Positions 44,936 through 53,068 of a DNA stretch of 64,000 nucleotides are shown here, one piece after another. Positions within the stretch are counted from its first letter, which is position 1; each line of letters opens with the position of its first letter. This stretch comes from an uncultured Verrucomicrobiota bacterium (GTDB taxonomy: Bacteria; Verrucomicrobiota; Verrucomicrobiia; Limisphaerales; J093), in NCBI GenBank assembly GCA_964466945.1, contig CAYXPA010000002.1, positions 24,837 to 88,836 of the forward strand. The letters run 5' to 3'. Position numbers and translations under genes: made by a program. Under the pieces are notes generated by a model. That model was not told where the DNA came from. It searched no databases and saw only the letters and a list, made by a program, of their open reading frames with translations.

Positions 44936-46720
44936 TTAACGCGGTGGCTCGGGGGACTCACCGCCAGAGCGAGTCTCTTCCGATGCAGCGGCCGCCGGAG
45001 ATTCGGCGCTTGTCCCGGGCACGTTCGCATCGGGCGCGGGAGTCAGAGGCGTCGCGGCGCGTTCTTCGGGGACGGGCGCAGCCGGCTCCGACGCGGGCGT
45101 GGCTGGGGGTTCGGCCGCAGACTGCACCGGCGTAGCCGGCACCGCGGCTTCCGCTTGTGGGGCCTCGGCCGCGGGTGAACCGGCGGCCGGGGGTTCGGCC
45201 TTGGACGTCTCGGCTTTGGGCGCACCGGGTTGGGATTCAGCCTTGGGCGCGGGGGCCGGCTTGGGCTTGGGCGGCTGGGCCGTCTCCATCCGGCCGTCGG
45301 TGAACTCGATCACGTGGCCCTGGTGGATCAGCCAGTGCAGGTCGGTGATGATGGCCGTCTGCTCCGGGGTGGGGCCGGGTTCGGCGGGAGCGGGCGCCGG
45401 CGCAGCCGCGGTGGTGGCCGCCTCGGTGGCCCCCGTTTCGCCGGCCGGGGCCGCGGATGCGGGCGCGGGGGCCGGGGCGGGCGGCGGCGGCGGGGCGGGC
45501 GCCAGGGCGTCCAGGAGCTTGCGTCGGTTGCAACCCGGATGGGCCTGGATGAATTCGATGATGCGCCGCACGCGGTCGGACACCACGGCCGTGTTGAGGT
45601 CCAGATGATGTGGTCGCGCCACGCAGACGTGGACCACGGTCTTGTTGACCTTGAAGAAGTGCAGTCCGTGCCCGGCCAGTTGCTGGCTGAGCTGGGAGGC
45701 CACCTTCAACGGGAACCGGCGCTGCTCGTCCAGGGTGTGGCGCAGGAGCGCCCGCAGGCCGCGGGACATGTAGCGCCGGCTCTCGGGGGTGGTGAGCGTG
45801 TGTTCCTCGACGTTCTTGATCAGGTTGGGCAGGTGCGTGGCGCGGAAGTGCTGCTCGACCTGCTCGCGGTCCGCAAACCGCACCGGCTCGGGCAGGTTCA
45901 ACCCGATGTACTCGGCCTTCCAGCTTTGTTCCTCGAGCCATTTCTTCACCACGGCCTCGTCCTTGACGATGCGCACGCGCGCCTTGTACGCCTCGAAGGG
46001 CATGTGGGCGAAACGCTCGCTGTGGAGCTTGCGCAGCTTGTTCTGGTAATCGTGGTAATTGGGCGGCCCGAGGATGGTCCCGCTCAGGCCGCACATGGCG
46101 ACCAGCGTGTACGTGCCCTTGGGCGGCTCGCAGGGGACTTTCTCGGTCTGGTAAAACGTGTCGAAGTGCTGCCGCAGGACGTGCTGCGCCACCTCCTCCT
46201 CGCTCAGCCACACCGTCTCGTCCAGGGAGCAAACAAACAGCGGGTGCAGAATCTGGCCCTCCGGCCCCTTCTTGACGTGGAATTGCACCAGCAGCCGGTC
46301 CGGTTGCTGCAAAAACAGGCCGGCCAGTTGAAACAGCGGGTACGCCCGGCCGGTCAGGCGGATTTGCCGCGCGAGCAACTCGACCCCTTCCTTTTCCGGG
46401 AGCAGGTTCACCAACACCTCGGGCAGCGGCTCCTCCGGCGCCTTCACCCGCTCGGGACGGCGCTCGGCCGGACGCCCGGCCCGGGGGGCGCCGGGGGGGC
46501 CGTTGGGCCGGGACTCGCGCCGCGGACCGGATCGCGGCTCGCGCGGGCCTTCATCCCGGGCGCGGTCCCGCCGGAACGGTCGCTCGCCCCGGCGTCGCTC
46601 GCGCGCTTCGTCGCCTCCGCCGGCATAATTGGCGTAACGGTTCACCGAGGCCGGCAGGCGCGCCCAGGCGGGCAGCAGTTGCAGGTCTTGATCGAGCTCG
46701 AACTCGGACGGTTTGTTCAT
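44936..46720 (-). CDS. uncharacterised protein: Arg-rich disordered N-terminus, conserved-looking globular core, Pro/Ala-rich tail
   Basis: ORF 44936-46741, ATG at 46720 (MNKPSEFELD) preferred. The central part, about 330 aa, is non-repetitive (e.g. YPLFQLAGLFLQQPDRLLVQFHVKKGPEG, GTYTLVAMCGLSGTILGPPNYHDYQNKLRKLHSERF, TDLHWLIHQGHVIEF). I recognise no family. Confidence 0.7.
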   Translation of the reverse strand: MNKPSEFELDQDLQLLPAWARLPASVNRYANYAGGGDEARERRRGERPFRRDRARDEGPREPRSGPRRESRPNGPPGAPRAGRPAERRPERVKAPEEPLPEVLVNLLPEKEGVELLARQIRLTGRAYPLFQLAGLFLQQPDRLLVQFHVKKGPEGQILHPLFVCSLDETVWLSEEEVAQHVLRQHFDTFYQTEKVPCEPPKGTYTLVAMCGLSGTILGPPNYHDYQNKLRKLHSERFAHMPFEAYKARVRIVKDEAVVKKWLEEQSWKAEYIGLNLPEPVRFADREQVEQHFRATHLPNLIKNVEEHTLTTPESRRYMSRGLRALLRHTLDEQRRFPLKVASQLSQQLAGHGLHFFKVNKTVVHVCVARPHHLDLNTAVVSDRVRRIIEFIQAHPGCNRRKLLDALAPAPPPPPAPAPAPASAAPAGETGATEAATTAAAPAPAPAEPGPTPEQTAIITDLHWLIHQGHVIEFTDGRMETAQPPKPKPAPAPKAESQPGAPKAETSKAEPPAAGSPAAEAPQAEAAVPATPVQSAAEPPATPASEPAAPVPEERAATPLTPAPDANVPGTSAESPAAAASEETRSGGESPEPPR

Positions 46721-46862
46721 GCGCTTTCGTCCCGGCGCCAACCTCGCGGTCAGCGGGAATCAACGCCAGCGAGCATGGGCGCCGGCGCGCGATAATGCAA
46801 GCCCCGCCGGCTGGCGCGCTGCCGGCTCGACAGGGCGGTGAGCCCTTTGTCACAGTGACGGC

Positions 46863-47471
46863 ATGGGCATTTCGCCCCGCCAGTTCGAGACGCTCCGCCA
46901 GCGGCTCGCCGCGCCGCGGCGCCAAACGGCCGCTGCCGATCCTTCCCCCGCGGCGGCCGAGCCCGCCCGGCACAGCGTGATCCTGGGCATTGACCCTTCG
47001 CTGCGGGGGACCGGGTTGGGCGTGATCCGCGCCGCGCGCGGCCAAATGGTCGCGCTCGAGTTTGCCGTCATTCATTGCCCTCCGGCCTGGGAGCGCTCCC
47101 GCTGTCTGGGGCACATCGCCGGCACGGTGCGAGCGATGATCCAGCGGCACCGGCCCACGGTGGGCGTGGTCGAGGGTCTTTTCCACGCCCGCAACTACCA
47201 GACGGCGCTGATCCTGGGCGAGGCCCGCGGCGCCAGCCTCGCGGTCGCGGCCGAGGCGGGCCTCGCGCTTTACGAACTGGCCCCGCGCCGCGTCAAACAG
47301 GCCATCGTCGGCTACGGCGCCGCGAGCAAAACCGCCGTCGCCCGGATGGTCCAACGCCTCCTCCATCTCGCGGAAGAACCGCCGCCGGACGCCGCCGACG
47401 CCCTGGCCCTGGCCCTGGCCTTCGCTCAGGAGCAGGGTCGCGCGCCGTTGAGCCCGCTCAAGCGCCTCTGA
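46863..47471 (+). CDS. ruvC: crossover junction endodeoxyribonuclease RuvC
   Basis: 202-aa ORF with VILGIDPSLRGTGLGVI (catalytic Asp), VVEGLFHARNYQTALILGEARG and AIVGYGAASKTAVARMV. The first 38 or so aa are an unusual extension, so the true start may be further downstream. Confidence 0.85.
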   Translation: MGISPRQFETLRQRLAAPRRQTAAADPSPAAAEPARHSVILGIDPSLRGTGLGVIRAARGQMVALEFAVIHCPPAWERSRCLGHIAGTVRAMIQRHRPTVGVVEGLFHARNYQTALILGEARGASLAVAAEAGLALYELAPRRVKQAIVGYGAASKTAVARMVQRLLHLAEEPPPDAADALALALAFAQEQGRAPLSPLKRL

Positions 47472-47473
47472 CC

Positions 47474-48073
47474 ATGATCGCCTTTCTCGAAGGCCGCCTC
47501 GTCGAAGCCCTCCCCACCCAGGTCGTGGTCGAGGTCCACGGCGTCGGCTACGAAGTGTTCATCCCGCTGTCCTCATTCGACAAGCTGCCCGCCCCCGGCC
47601 AGCCCGTGCGCCTGCTCACCCACCTGGCGGTGCGCGAAGACGCGCACGTGCTCTACGGCTTTGCCACCGCCGCCGAGCGCGACCTGTTCCGCCTGCTGGT
47701 CAACCACGTCAGCGGCATCGGCCCCAAGCTCGCCCTGAACATCCTCAGCGGCATGTCGCCCGCCGCCTTCCGCGGCGCCGTGGCCGCCGGCGACGTGAAG
47801 GCGCTCTCGCGCATCTCCGGCGTGGGCCGCAAGACCGCCGAACGGCTGGTGGTGGAACTCCGCGACAAGGTCGGCGCCGCCGGCACCTGGGAGGCGGCCA
47901 GCGAACAGCGGGCGTTGACCCCCGCCGATCAGCGCCTCAACGACGCCGTGCTGGCGCTCATCGCGCTGGACTTCAAGCCGCCCGAGGCCCACGAGGCCGT
48001 GCGCGCCGCCCAGGCCATGCTGGGCCCCGACGCCACCGTCGAGGAACTGGTCCGCGCCGCGCTCAAGCGCTGA
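47474..48073 (+). CDS. ruvA: Holliday junction branch migration complex subunit RuvA
   Basis: ATG 47474 lies inside ORF 47075-48073 and begins 3 nt after the ruvC stop. Motifs MIAFLEGRLVE, VSGIGPKLALNILSG, ISGVGRKTAERLVVELRDK (HhH motifs). Confidence 0.9.
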   Translation: MIAFLEGRLVEALPTQVVVEVHGVGYEVFIPLSSFDKLPAPGQPVRLLTHLAVREDAHVLYGFATAAERDLFRLLVNHVSGIGPKLALNILSGMSPAAFRGAVAAGDVKALSRISGVGRKTAERLVVELRDKVGAAGTWEAASEQRALTPADQRLNDAVLALIALDFKPPEAHEAVRAAQAMLGPDATVEELVRAALKR

Positions 48074-48079
48074 TCGCCG

Positions 48080-48856
48080 ATGCCCGCCGTCCCGCCCGCC
48101 CCGGAAAACGCCCCGCCGCGGCCGCCGCGCCGCTCGGGCGTGGTGGTGCCCCACCGGGCCGGCCCCGGCGCCCGCCTGGCCGCGCGCCTGATCTGGCTGG
48201 CCGTGCACGCCGTGGACGCCACGCTCCGGTACGACTTGGTGACCGATCAGGCGGCCTGGACCGCGATGCAACGCGGCCGGGCCATCTTCGCCGTCTGGCA
48301 CAACCGGCTGGCCCTGAGCCTGCGCTTGTACGCCCGGTTCATCCAAAAGCACGACCCGCCCCGTCGCTTGGCGGCGATGGTCAGCGCCAGCCGCGACGGC
48401 GGCCTCTTGGCGCAAGTGTTGACGCTGTTCGGCGTGCAACCGGTGCGCGGCTCGACCAGCCGCCGCGGCGCGCAGGCCCTGCGGGAAATGACCTCCTGGG
48501 CCGAGCAGGGCTACGACCTGGCCATCACACCCGACGGCCCGCGCGGCCCGCGTTACCACGTGCACTCCGGCGCGGTGGACCTGGCGGCGTTGTGCGGCCT
48601 GCCGCTTATTCCGGTGAGTTACGACCTCGACTGGTGCCGGCGGCTCCGGAGCTGGGATGGGTTCCTGGTACCGCTGCCTTTCTCGGTCTGCCGTGTCCGC
48701 TTCGGCGAACCGCTGGTGGTGCCCCGCTCGATCGAGGACGCCGCCCGGGAGCACTACCGGGCCGAGTTCGAGCGCCGCCTGCGGGCGATCTCGGACTGGC
48801 CCACTCCGGCCGGGACGTTGTCGCCCGCGAACCCGGGACGCCCAAATGGCGTGTAA
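48080..48856 (+). CDS. DUF374 / lysophospholipid acyltransferase-like family protein
   Basis: 258-aa ORF with IFAVWHNRLAL, MVSASRDGGLLAQVLTLFGVQPVRGSTSRRG and ITPDGPRGPRY, typical of the DUF374 family as I recall it. Confidence 0.7.
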   Translation: MPAVPPAPENAPPRPPRRSGVVVPHRAGPGARLAARLIWLAVHAVDATLRYDLVTDQAAWTAMQRGRAIFAVWHNRLALSLRLYARFIQKHDPPRRLAAMVSASRDGGLLAQVLTLFGVQPVRGSTSRRGAQALREMTSWAEQGYDLAITPDGPRGPRYHVHSGAVDLAALCGLPLIPVSYDLDWCRRLRSWDGFLVPLPFSVCRVRFGEPLVVPRSIEDAAREHYRAEFERRLRAISDWPTPAGTLSPANPGRPNGV

Positions 48857-48961
48857 CCGAAACGCCGCCGGCGGCTCGTCATCTCGACAGGGCCAGAGGC
48901 CGCGCCAACACGGTTTCGTCCCGCGGCGAAAATCGAGGCGGGCGCGCCGTGGCCCGGGACC

Positions 48962-49537
48962 ATGCGCATGATGAACTTGATCTTGAGTATCGGTGTGGGT
49001 GCCGCCCTGGGCGCGGCATTGGGCTGGCTGGGCTCGTGCAGCTCCGGCGCGTGCCCGCTCACGGCCACGTGGTGGCGCGGCGCGCTTTTCGGCGGCCTGC
49101 TGGGGCTGTTCTTTTACGCCTCCTCGGGCCGCGACCTCGCGGGAAGCCGCGAATTGCGCCGCACCGACGGCCCGGTCCAGCCGATACGCGAGGCTGACTT
49201 TGACGCCGCGGTCCTGCAGGCACCCGGGCCGGTGCTAGTGGACTTTTACGCCACTTGGTGCGGCCCGTGCAAACGCCTCGCCCCGGTGCTGGCCGAGGTG
49301 GCGGGCGAGTACGCCGGGCGCGTAAAGTTCGTGAAGGTGGACGTGGACCGCGACCGGGCGCTGGCCGCGCGCTACCAGATCACCGGCGTGCCCACGCTGA
49401 TCTGGTTTCACCAAGGCAAGGCCGTGGCCAGCCTGACCGGAGCGCCAGGCGCGCGCGAGTTGCGCGAGCGGCTGGACGCCTGGCTGGCGGCGGCCGGTTC
49501 GCCCGCGGTCGCCGCCCCGGCGAACCTGGCCCGTTGA
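48962..49537 (+). CDS. thioredoxin fused to an N-terminal membrane domain with a CxxxxC motif
   Basis: 191-aa ORF. The N-terminal 55 or so aa are hydrophobic, with GWLGSCSSGACPLT. The C-terminal domain has VLVDFYATWCGPCKRLAP, KVDVDRDRALAARYQITGVPTLIWF. Confidence 0.85.
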   Translation: MRMMNLILSIGVGAALGAALGWLGSCSSGACPLTATWWRGALFGGLLGLFFYASSGRDLAGSRELRRTDGPVQPIREADFDAAVLQAPGPVLVDFYATWCGPCKRLAPVLAEVAGEYAGRVKFVKVDVDRDRALAARYQITGVPTLIWFHQGKAVASLTGAPGARELRERLDAWLAAAGSPAVAAPANLAR

Positions 49538-49630
49538 ACGGCCCCCCGCGTCCGCCAGCCCCCGGCCGCGGCGGGCGGGGTTGGGCCGCGCGCGGGCGCA
49601 TCTGAGTTTATTGCTGGTTGGCATTCCAGG

Positions 49631-49677
49631 CGTAGCGCAGGTTTCCCAACCTGCCGTATCGCCAACTTCCAGTCGCC
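49631..49677 (-). repeat. palindromic intergenic repeat element, copy in minus orientation
   Basis: cgtagcgcag-gtttcccaac-ctgccgtatcgccaacttccagtcgcc. The reverse complement reads ggcgactggaagttggcgatacggcag...ctgcgctacg, matching the head and tail of 49717-49767. Contains the hairpin gcaggtt-tccc-aacctgc. Confidence 0.65.
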
Positions 49678-49716
49678 CGGCCCAGACCAGTCGCTACCGT
49701 TCGGGAGTTCGCCGCG

Positions 49717-49767
49717 CTGGCGGATTGGAAATCCGCGGTACGGCAGACTCGGAAGTCTGCGCTACGG
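49717..49767 (+). repeat. palindromic intergenic repeat element, copy in plus orientation
   Basis: ctggcggattggaaatccgcggtacggcagactcggaagtctgcgctacgg. Two perfect 7-bp hairpins: gcggatt-gga-aatccgc and gcagact-cgga-agtctgc. Forms an inverted pair with 49631-49677. Confidence 0.65.
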
Positions 49768-49907
49768 CATGGCCTCCGGGGATACACTGCCAGAGAACGA
49801 GGCGAGCCTGCCGCGCCGGGATTGCCGCCGAAGCGAGTTGGCAGCCGATGGCGGGGCGCGTAGATTACGGCGTCAAACGCAGCACCACCCATGAAACGGA
49901 GGCCCCG

Positions 49908-50183
49908 ATGAGCACAACCGAAAAACTGATCCCCCAAGAGTTCACCCTGCGCGCGCCCGGCGCTTCCCACGTCGCGCTGGTTGGCGACTTCACCCACTGG
50001 CAAGAGCGCCCCATCGCCATGAAGCCGGTCGGCGGCGGCCTGTGGAAGGCCCGCGTCTCCCTGGCCCCGGGCACTTACCACTATCGCTTCCTGGTGGACG
50101 GCGAGTGGCGCGACGATCCCGAGTGCACGCTGCGGGTGCCCAATCCCTTCGGCACCGAAAACGCCGTGCGCGAGGTGAAGTAG
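49908..50183 (+). CDS. small glycogen-binding/early-set (CBM48, AMPK beta-like) domain protein
   Basis: ATG 49908 is preceded by ggagg. The 91-aa product has FTLRAPGASHVALVGDFTHWQERPIAMKPVGGGLWKARVSLAPGTYHYRFLVDGEW, typical of this domain. Confidence 0.7.
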   Translation: MSTTEKLIPQEFTLRAPGASHVALVGDFTHWQERPIAMKPVGGGLWKARVSLAPGTYHYRFLVDGEWRDDPECTLRVPNPFGTENAVREVK

Positions 50184-50210
50184 CGCGCGCCGTTTTGCCT
50201 TTTCGAGTAT

Positions 50211-50241
50211 CGCCGGCGCGGCGGGCCATTCCGCGCCGGCG
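50211..50241 (+). terminator. strong GC hairpin downstream of the CBM48 gene (possible terminator)
   Basis: Perfect 11-bp stem cgccggcgcgg / ccgcgccggcg with a 9-nt loop, 28 nt after the stop. It is followed by a weakly T-rich stretch (gtgaagacttttcttcc). Confidence 0.45.
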
Positions 50242-50392
50242 GTGAAGACTTTTCTTCCACGCGCCATCGCGGTCAACCCTGCTCACGCCCGAGCCGCCCG
50301 GGCCCGGGGAAGCGGGAAGACCTGTAACCTCGGCCCCGCTCGCGGCTCGGTGCGGGGCGTCAACGAATCATCACCGTTGGCGTGACACAACC

Positions 50393-50614
50393 ATGAAACT
50401 CGAAAATGCCATTCGCGTCCTGGCCGGCAGCCTGGTGCTGCTGAGCCTGGCGCTCTCGCAACTGGTCAGCCCGTGGTGGCTGTTGCTGGCCGCCTTCGTG
50501 GGCGTGAACCTCATCCAGTCCGCCTTCACGGGCTTTTGTCCCGCGGAGAACATCCTCCGCAAACTGGGCGTGGGCCGGGGCGAGACCGGCAGTTGCTGCG
50601 GCACGAGCACCTGA
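50393..50614 (+). CDS. DUF2892 (YgaP-like) small membrane protein
   Basis: 73-aa ORF with NAIRVLAGSLVLLSLAL...WWLLLAAFVGVNLIQSAFTGFCPAENILRKLG, the characteristic two-TM DUF2892 pattern. Cys-rich tail GSCCGTST. Confidence 0.7.
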   Translation: MKLENAIRVLAGSLVLLSLALSQLVSPWWLLLAAFVGVNLIQSAFTGFCPAENILRKLGVGRGETGSCCGTST

Positions 50615-50721
50615 CCGCGCCCGGCCTCCGCCCCGGGTCCAAACCGCGCCGCGCGCGACCGCCCGGCGTCCCGCAAACCGGGCAGGCAGGGGGGGCCGTG
50701 CGCCACGCCAACCAATCGCCC

Positions 50722-51615
50722 ATGAACTCCGAACCGGTCTTTTCGCCGCGGCACATTCTGTGCCCGGTGGACTTGAGCGAGCACGCCGCGCTCGCCCTGA
50801 AATACGCCGCCAGCGGCGCGCGCGCGTTCGGCGCCACGCTCACCGTCCTGCAAGCGGTTGAACTCGTGCTGCCGCCCTATTTCACCCCGGGCCAGATGCC
50901 CCAACTGCGCGGCGAAGCTCAACAGGCCCGCGACGCCGCGGAACAAGCCCTGGCGCGGTACGTGGACGCCGTGCTGGGCGAGGCGGCCCGGGACCTCGCG
51001 CCGCGCGTGCGCGCGGTCGAGGGCCATCCCACCGACGTCATCCTCGACACCGCGGAACGCGAGCACATCGAGCTCCTCGTCATGGGCACGCACGGCCGGG
51101 GTGGCGCGCGCCGGTTGCTGCTGGGCTCGGTGACGGAAAACGTGGTCCGCCAGGCGCGGGTGCCGGTGTTTGTGGTGCGGCAAAAACAGCACGAATTCCT
51201 CGCGCCCAACCAGCCGGCCGCGCAGCCCAACCTGCGGCGCATCCTCTGCGCCATCGTCCCCGGGGCCGCCGCGCACGCCTGCCTGCAAACCGCCGCCGCG
51301 CTCGCCAACCGTTTCGGCGCCGAACTCACCGCGCTGCACGTGGTCGAGGACCCCGCGGCCGCCACCGAGGCCGCCCGGGCGCAATTGTGCGCGTGGCTGC
51401 CCGCGGCCGTTGCGCAGTGCGCGGTACGCCCGGAAGTGCGTCGCGGCCGGGCGGCGGAACAGATTGTGGCCTTCGCCGCCGAGACCCGGCAGGACCTGAT
51501 CGTGCTGGCGGCACAGGCCAAACCCGAGCGCCACGGCCTGTTTTACGGCACCACCGCCGAGACCGTGCTCCGCCGGGCGCCCGTGCCCGTCCTGGTCATT
51601 CCGCAACAGCCATGA
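50722..51615 (+). CDS. tandem universal stress protein (UspA) domains
   Basis: ATG 50722 in frame within ORF 50473-51615. ILCPVDLSEHAALALKYA...LVMGTHGRGGARRLLLGSVTENVVRQARVPVFVV, then a second copy ILCAIVPG...VLRRAPVPVLVIP. Confidence 0.85.
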   Translation: MNSEPVFSPRHILCPVDLSEHAALALKYAASGARAFGATLTVLQAVELVLPPYFTPGQMPQLRGEAQQARDAAEQALARYVDAVLGEAARDLAPRVRAVEGHPTDVILDTAEREHIELLVMGTHGRGGARRLLLGSVTENVVRQARVPVFVVRQKQHEFLAPNQPAAQPNLRRILCAIVPGAAAHACLQTAAALANRFGAELTALHVVEDPAAATEAARAQLCAWLPAAVAQCAVRPEVRRGRAAEQIVAFAAETRQDLIVLAAQAKPERHGLFYGTTAETVLRRAPVPVLVIPQQP

Positions 51616-53063
51616 AAACCCGCCTGTTTTTCGCCCGGCCCGGCGCCGCCGGCCGCCGCCTCCGCGCGACCGGCGCGACCGGGGACTCCTGCAGGCCCTC
51701 GAGCCTCGCAGCCCGCGCCCGACGGTTCGCCGCGGCAGCCCTCCCGCGCCTGGCTCTGGGAACCATGCTGCTGACCCTTGCCACCGCGCGAGCCGGCCAA
51801 GCGTCGTGGACCCTCGAGCAGTGCGTCCGGCACGCCCTGACCAACAGCCCCGATGCCGTGCTCGCCGAGCAGCGCGTGCGCGCCGCGCAGGCCGTTTTAC
51901 AGCAGGCCCGGGCACAGGCCTGGCCCACGCTCCAGTTCCAGTCCGGCTACCTGCGCACGGACAATCCGATGTTCGTGCTGGGCTCGGCGCTCAACCAGCA
52001 GGCCTTCGGCCCGGCCCTGAGTGATTTCAACCACCTGCCCGATGTGGACAACTGGAACGTGAAAGGCCTGGCCAGTGTGCCGCTCTACACCGGCGGCGCC
52101 CTCACCGCCGGCCGGCGCGCCGCCCGCAGCGGCGTGCAGGCCAACGCCGCGCAAGCCGAGGCGGTGCGCCAGGCCCTGGCCTTCGAGACGGTGCGCGCCT
52201 TCCACACCATCCAGAAGACGCGCGCCTTTGTGCGTGCCGCCGAGGCGGCGGTGGCCTCCTTCGAGCAACACCTGGCGCTGGCGCAAAAGCGCTTCGACGC
52301 CGGCACCCTCCTGCGGGCCGACGTGCTGGACGTCGAGGTCCGCCTGGCCCAGGCCCGCGAGGACCTCGCCCGCACCCGCAACGCCCGCGCCCTGGCCCTC
52401 GAGGGCCTGCGCACGCTGCTCGGGCTGGAGCCGGGCGAGTTCGACGTGGCCGAGACCGCGCCCGAGGTGCCCGCGCCCGAACCGCCGGAAGCGGCCGATT
52501 ACTCGGCCCGGCCCGAGCTGGCCGCCGTGCGCCACCAGATCGCGGCCGCCGAAGCCCAGACCCGCGTGGCCCGCAGCGGCTACCTGCCGCGCCTGGCCGC
52601 CTTCGGCAGCGTGGACTACGACCGCGGCTGGAAACTCGAGGGCGAGGGCACCAGCTACACCGCCGGGCTGTTGCTGCAATGGAATGTGTTCGACGGCCGG
52701 CTCACCCGCGGCAAGGTGGCCGAGGCCCGGGCCCACTTGGACCAGGCCCGGGAGCAGGAGCGCAAACTCAAACTGGGGCTGGGCTTCGAGGTCGAGCAAG
52801 CCCGGCTCAATCTGCGCGAGGCCAACGAACGCCTCGCCGTCACCGCCCGCGCCATCGCCCAGGCCGAGGAAAGCGTGAAGCTGACCCGCGACCGCTTCGA
52901 GCAGGGCCTGGCCTTGACGATCCAGCTCCTGGACGCCGAGACCGCGCTCACCCTGGCCCGCGTGCGCCGCGCCGAGGCCGAGGCCGATCAACGCATCGCC
53001 ATCGCCGCCCTGCGCCGGGCCCTGGGCCTGGACCAACTGCCCGTCGAACCTGCCACTCGTTGA
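51612..53063 (+). CDS. TolC-family outer membrane efflux protein
   Basis: ATG 51612 overlaps the USP stop (ATGA). After a signal-like region: WTLEQCVRHALTNSPDAVLAEQRVRAAQAVLQQARAQAWPTL. Two repeats of the TolC coiled-coil/beta pattern are present (e.g. GRLTRGKVAEARAHLDQA). Confidence 0.8.
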   Translation: MKTRLFFARPGAAGRRLRATGATGDSCRPSSLAARARRFAAAALPRLALGTMLLTLATARAGQASWTLEQCVRHALTNSPDAVLAEQRVRAAQAVLQQARAQAWPTLQFQSGYLRTDNPMFVLGSALNQQAFGPALSDFNHLPDVDNWNVKGLASVPLYTGGALTAGRRAARSGVQANAAQAEAVRQALAFETVRAFHTIQKTRAFVRAAEAAVASFEQHLALAQKRFDAGTLLRADVLDVEVRLAQAREDLARTRNARALALEGLRTLLGLEPGEFDVAETAPEVPAPEPPEAADYSARPELAAVRHQIAAAEAQTRVARSGYLPRLAAFGSVDYDRGWKLEGEGTSYTAGLLLQWNVFDGRLTRGKVAEARAHLDQAREQERKLKLGLGFEVEQARLNLREANERLAVTARAIAQAEESVKLTRDRFEQGLALTIQLLDAETALTLARVRRAEAEADQRIAIAALRRALGLDQLPVEPATR

Positions 53064-53068
53064 ACCGC

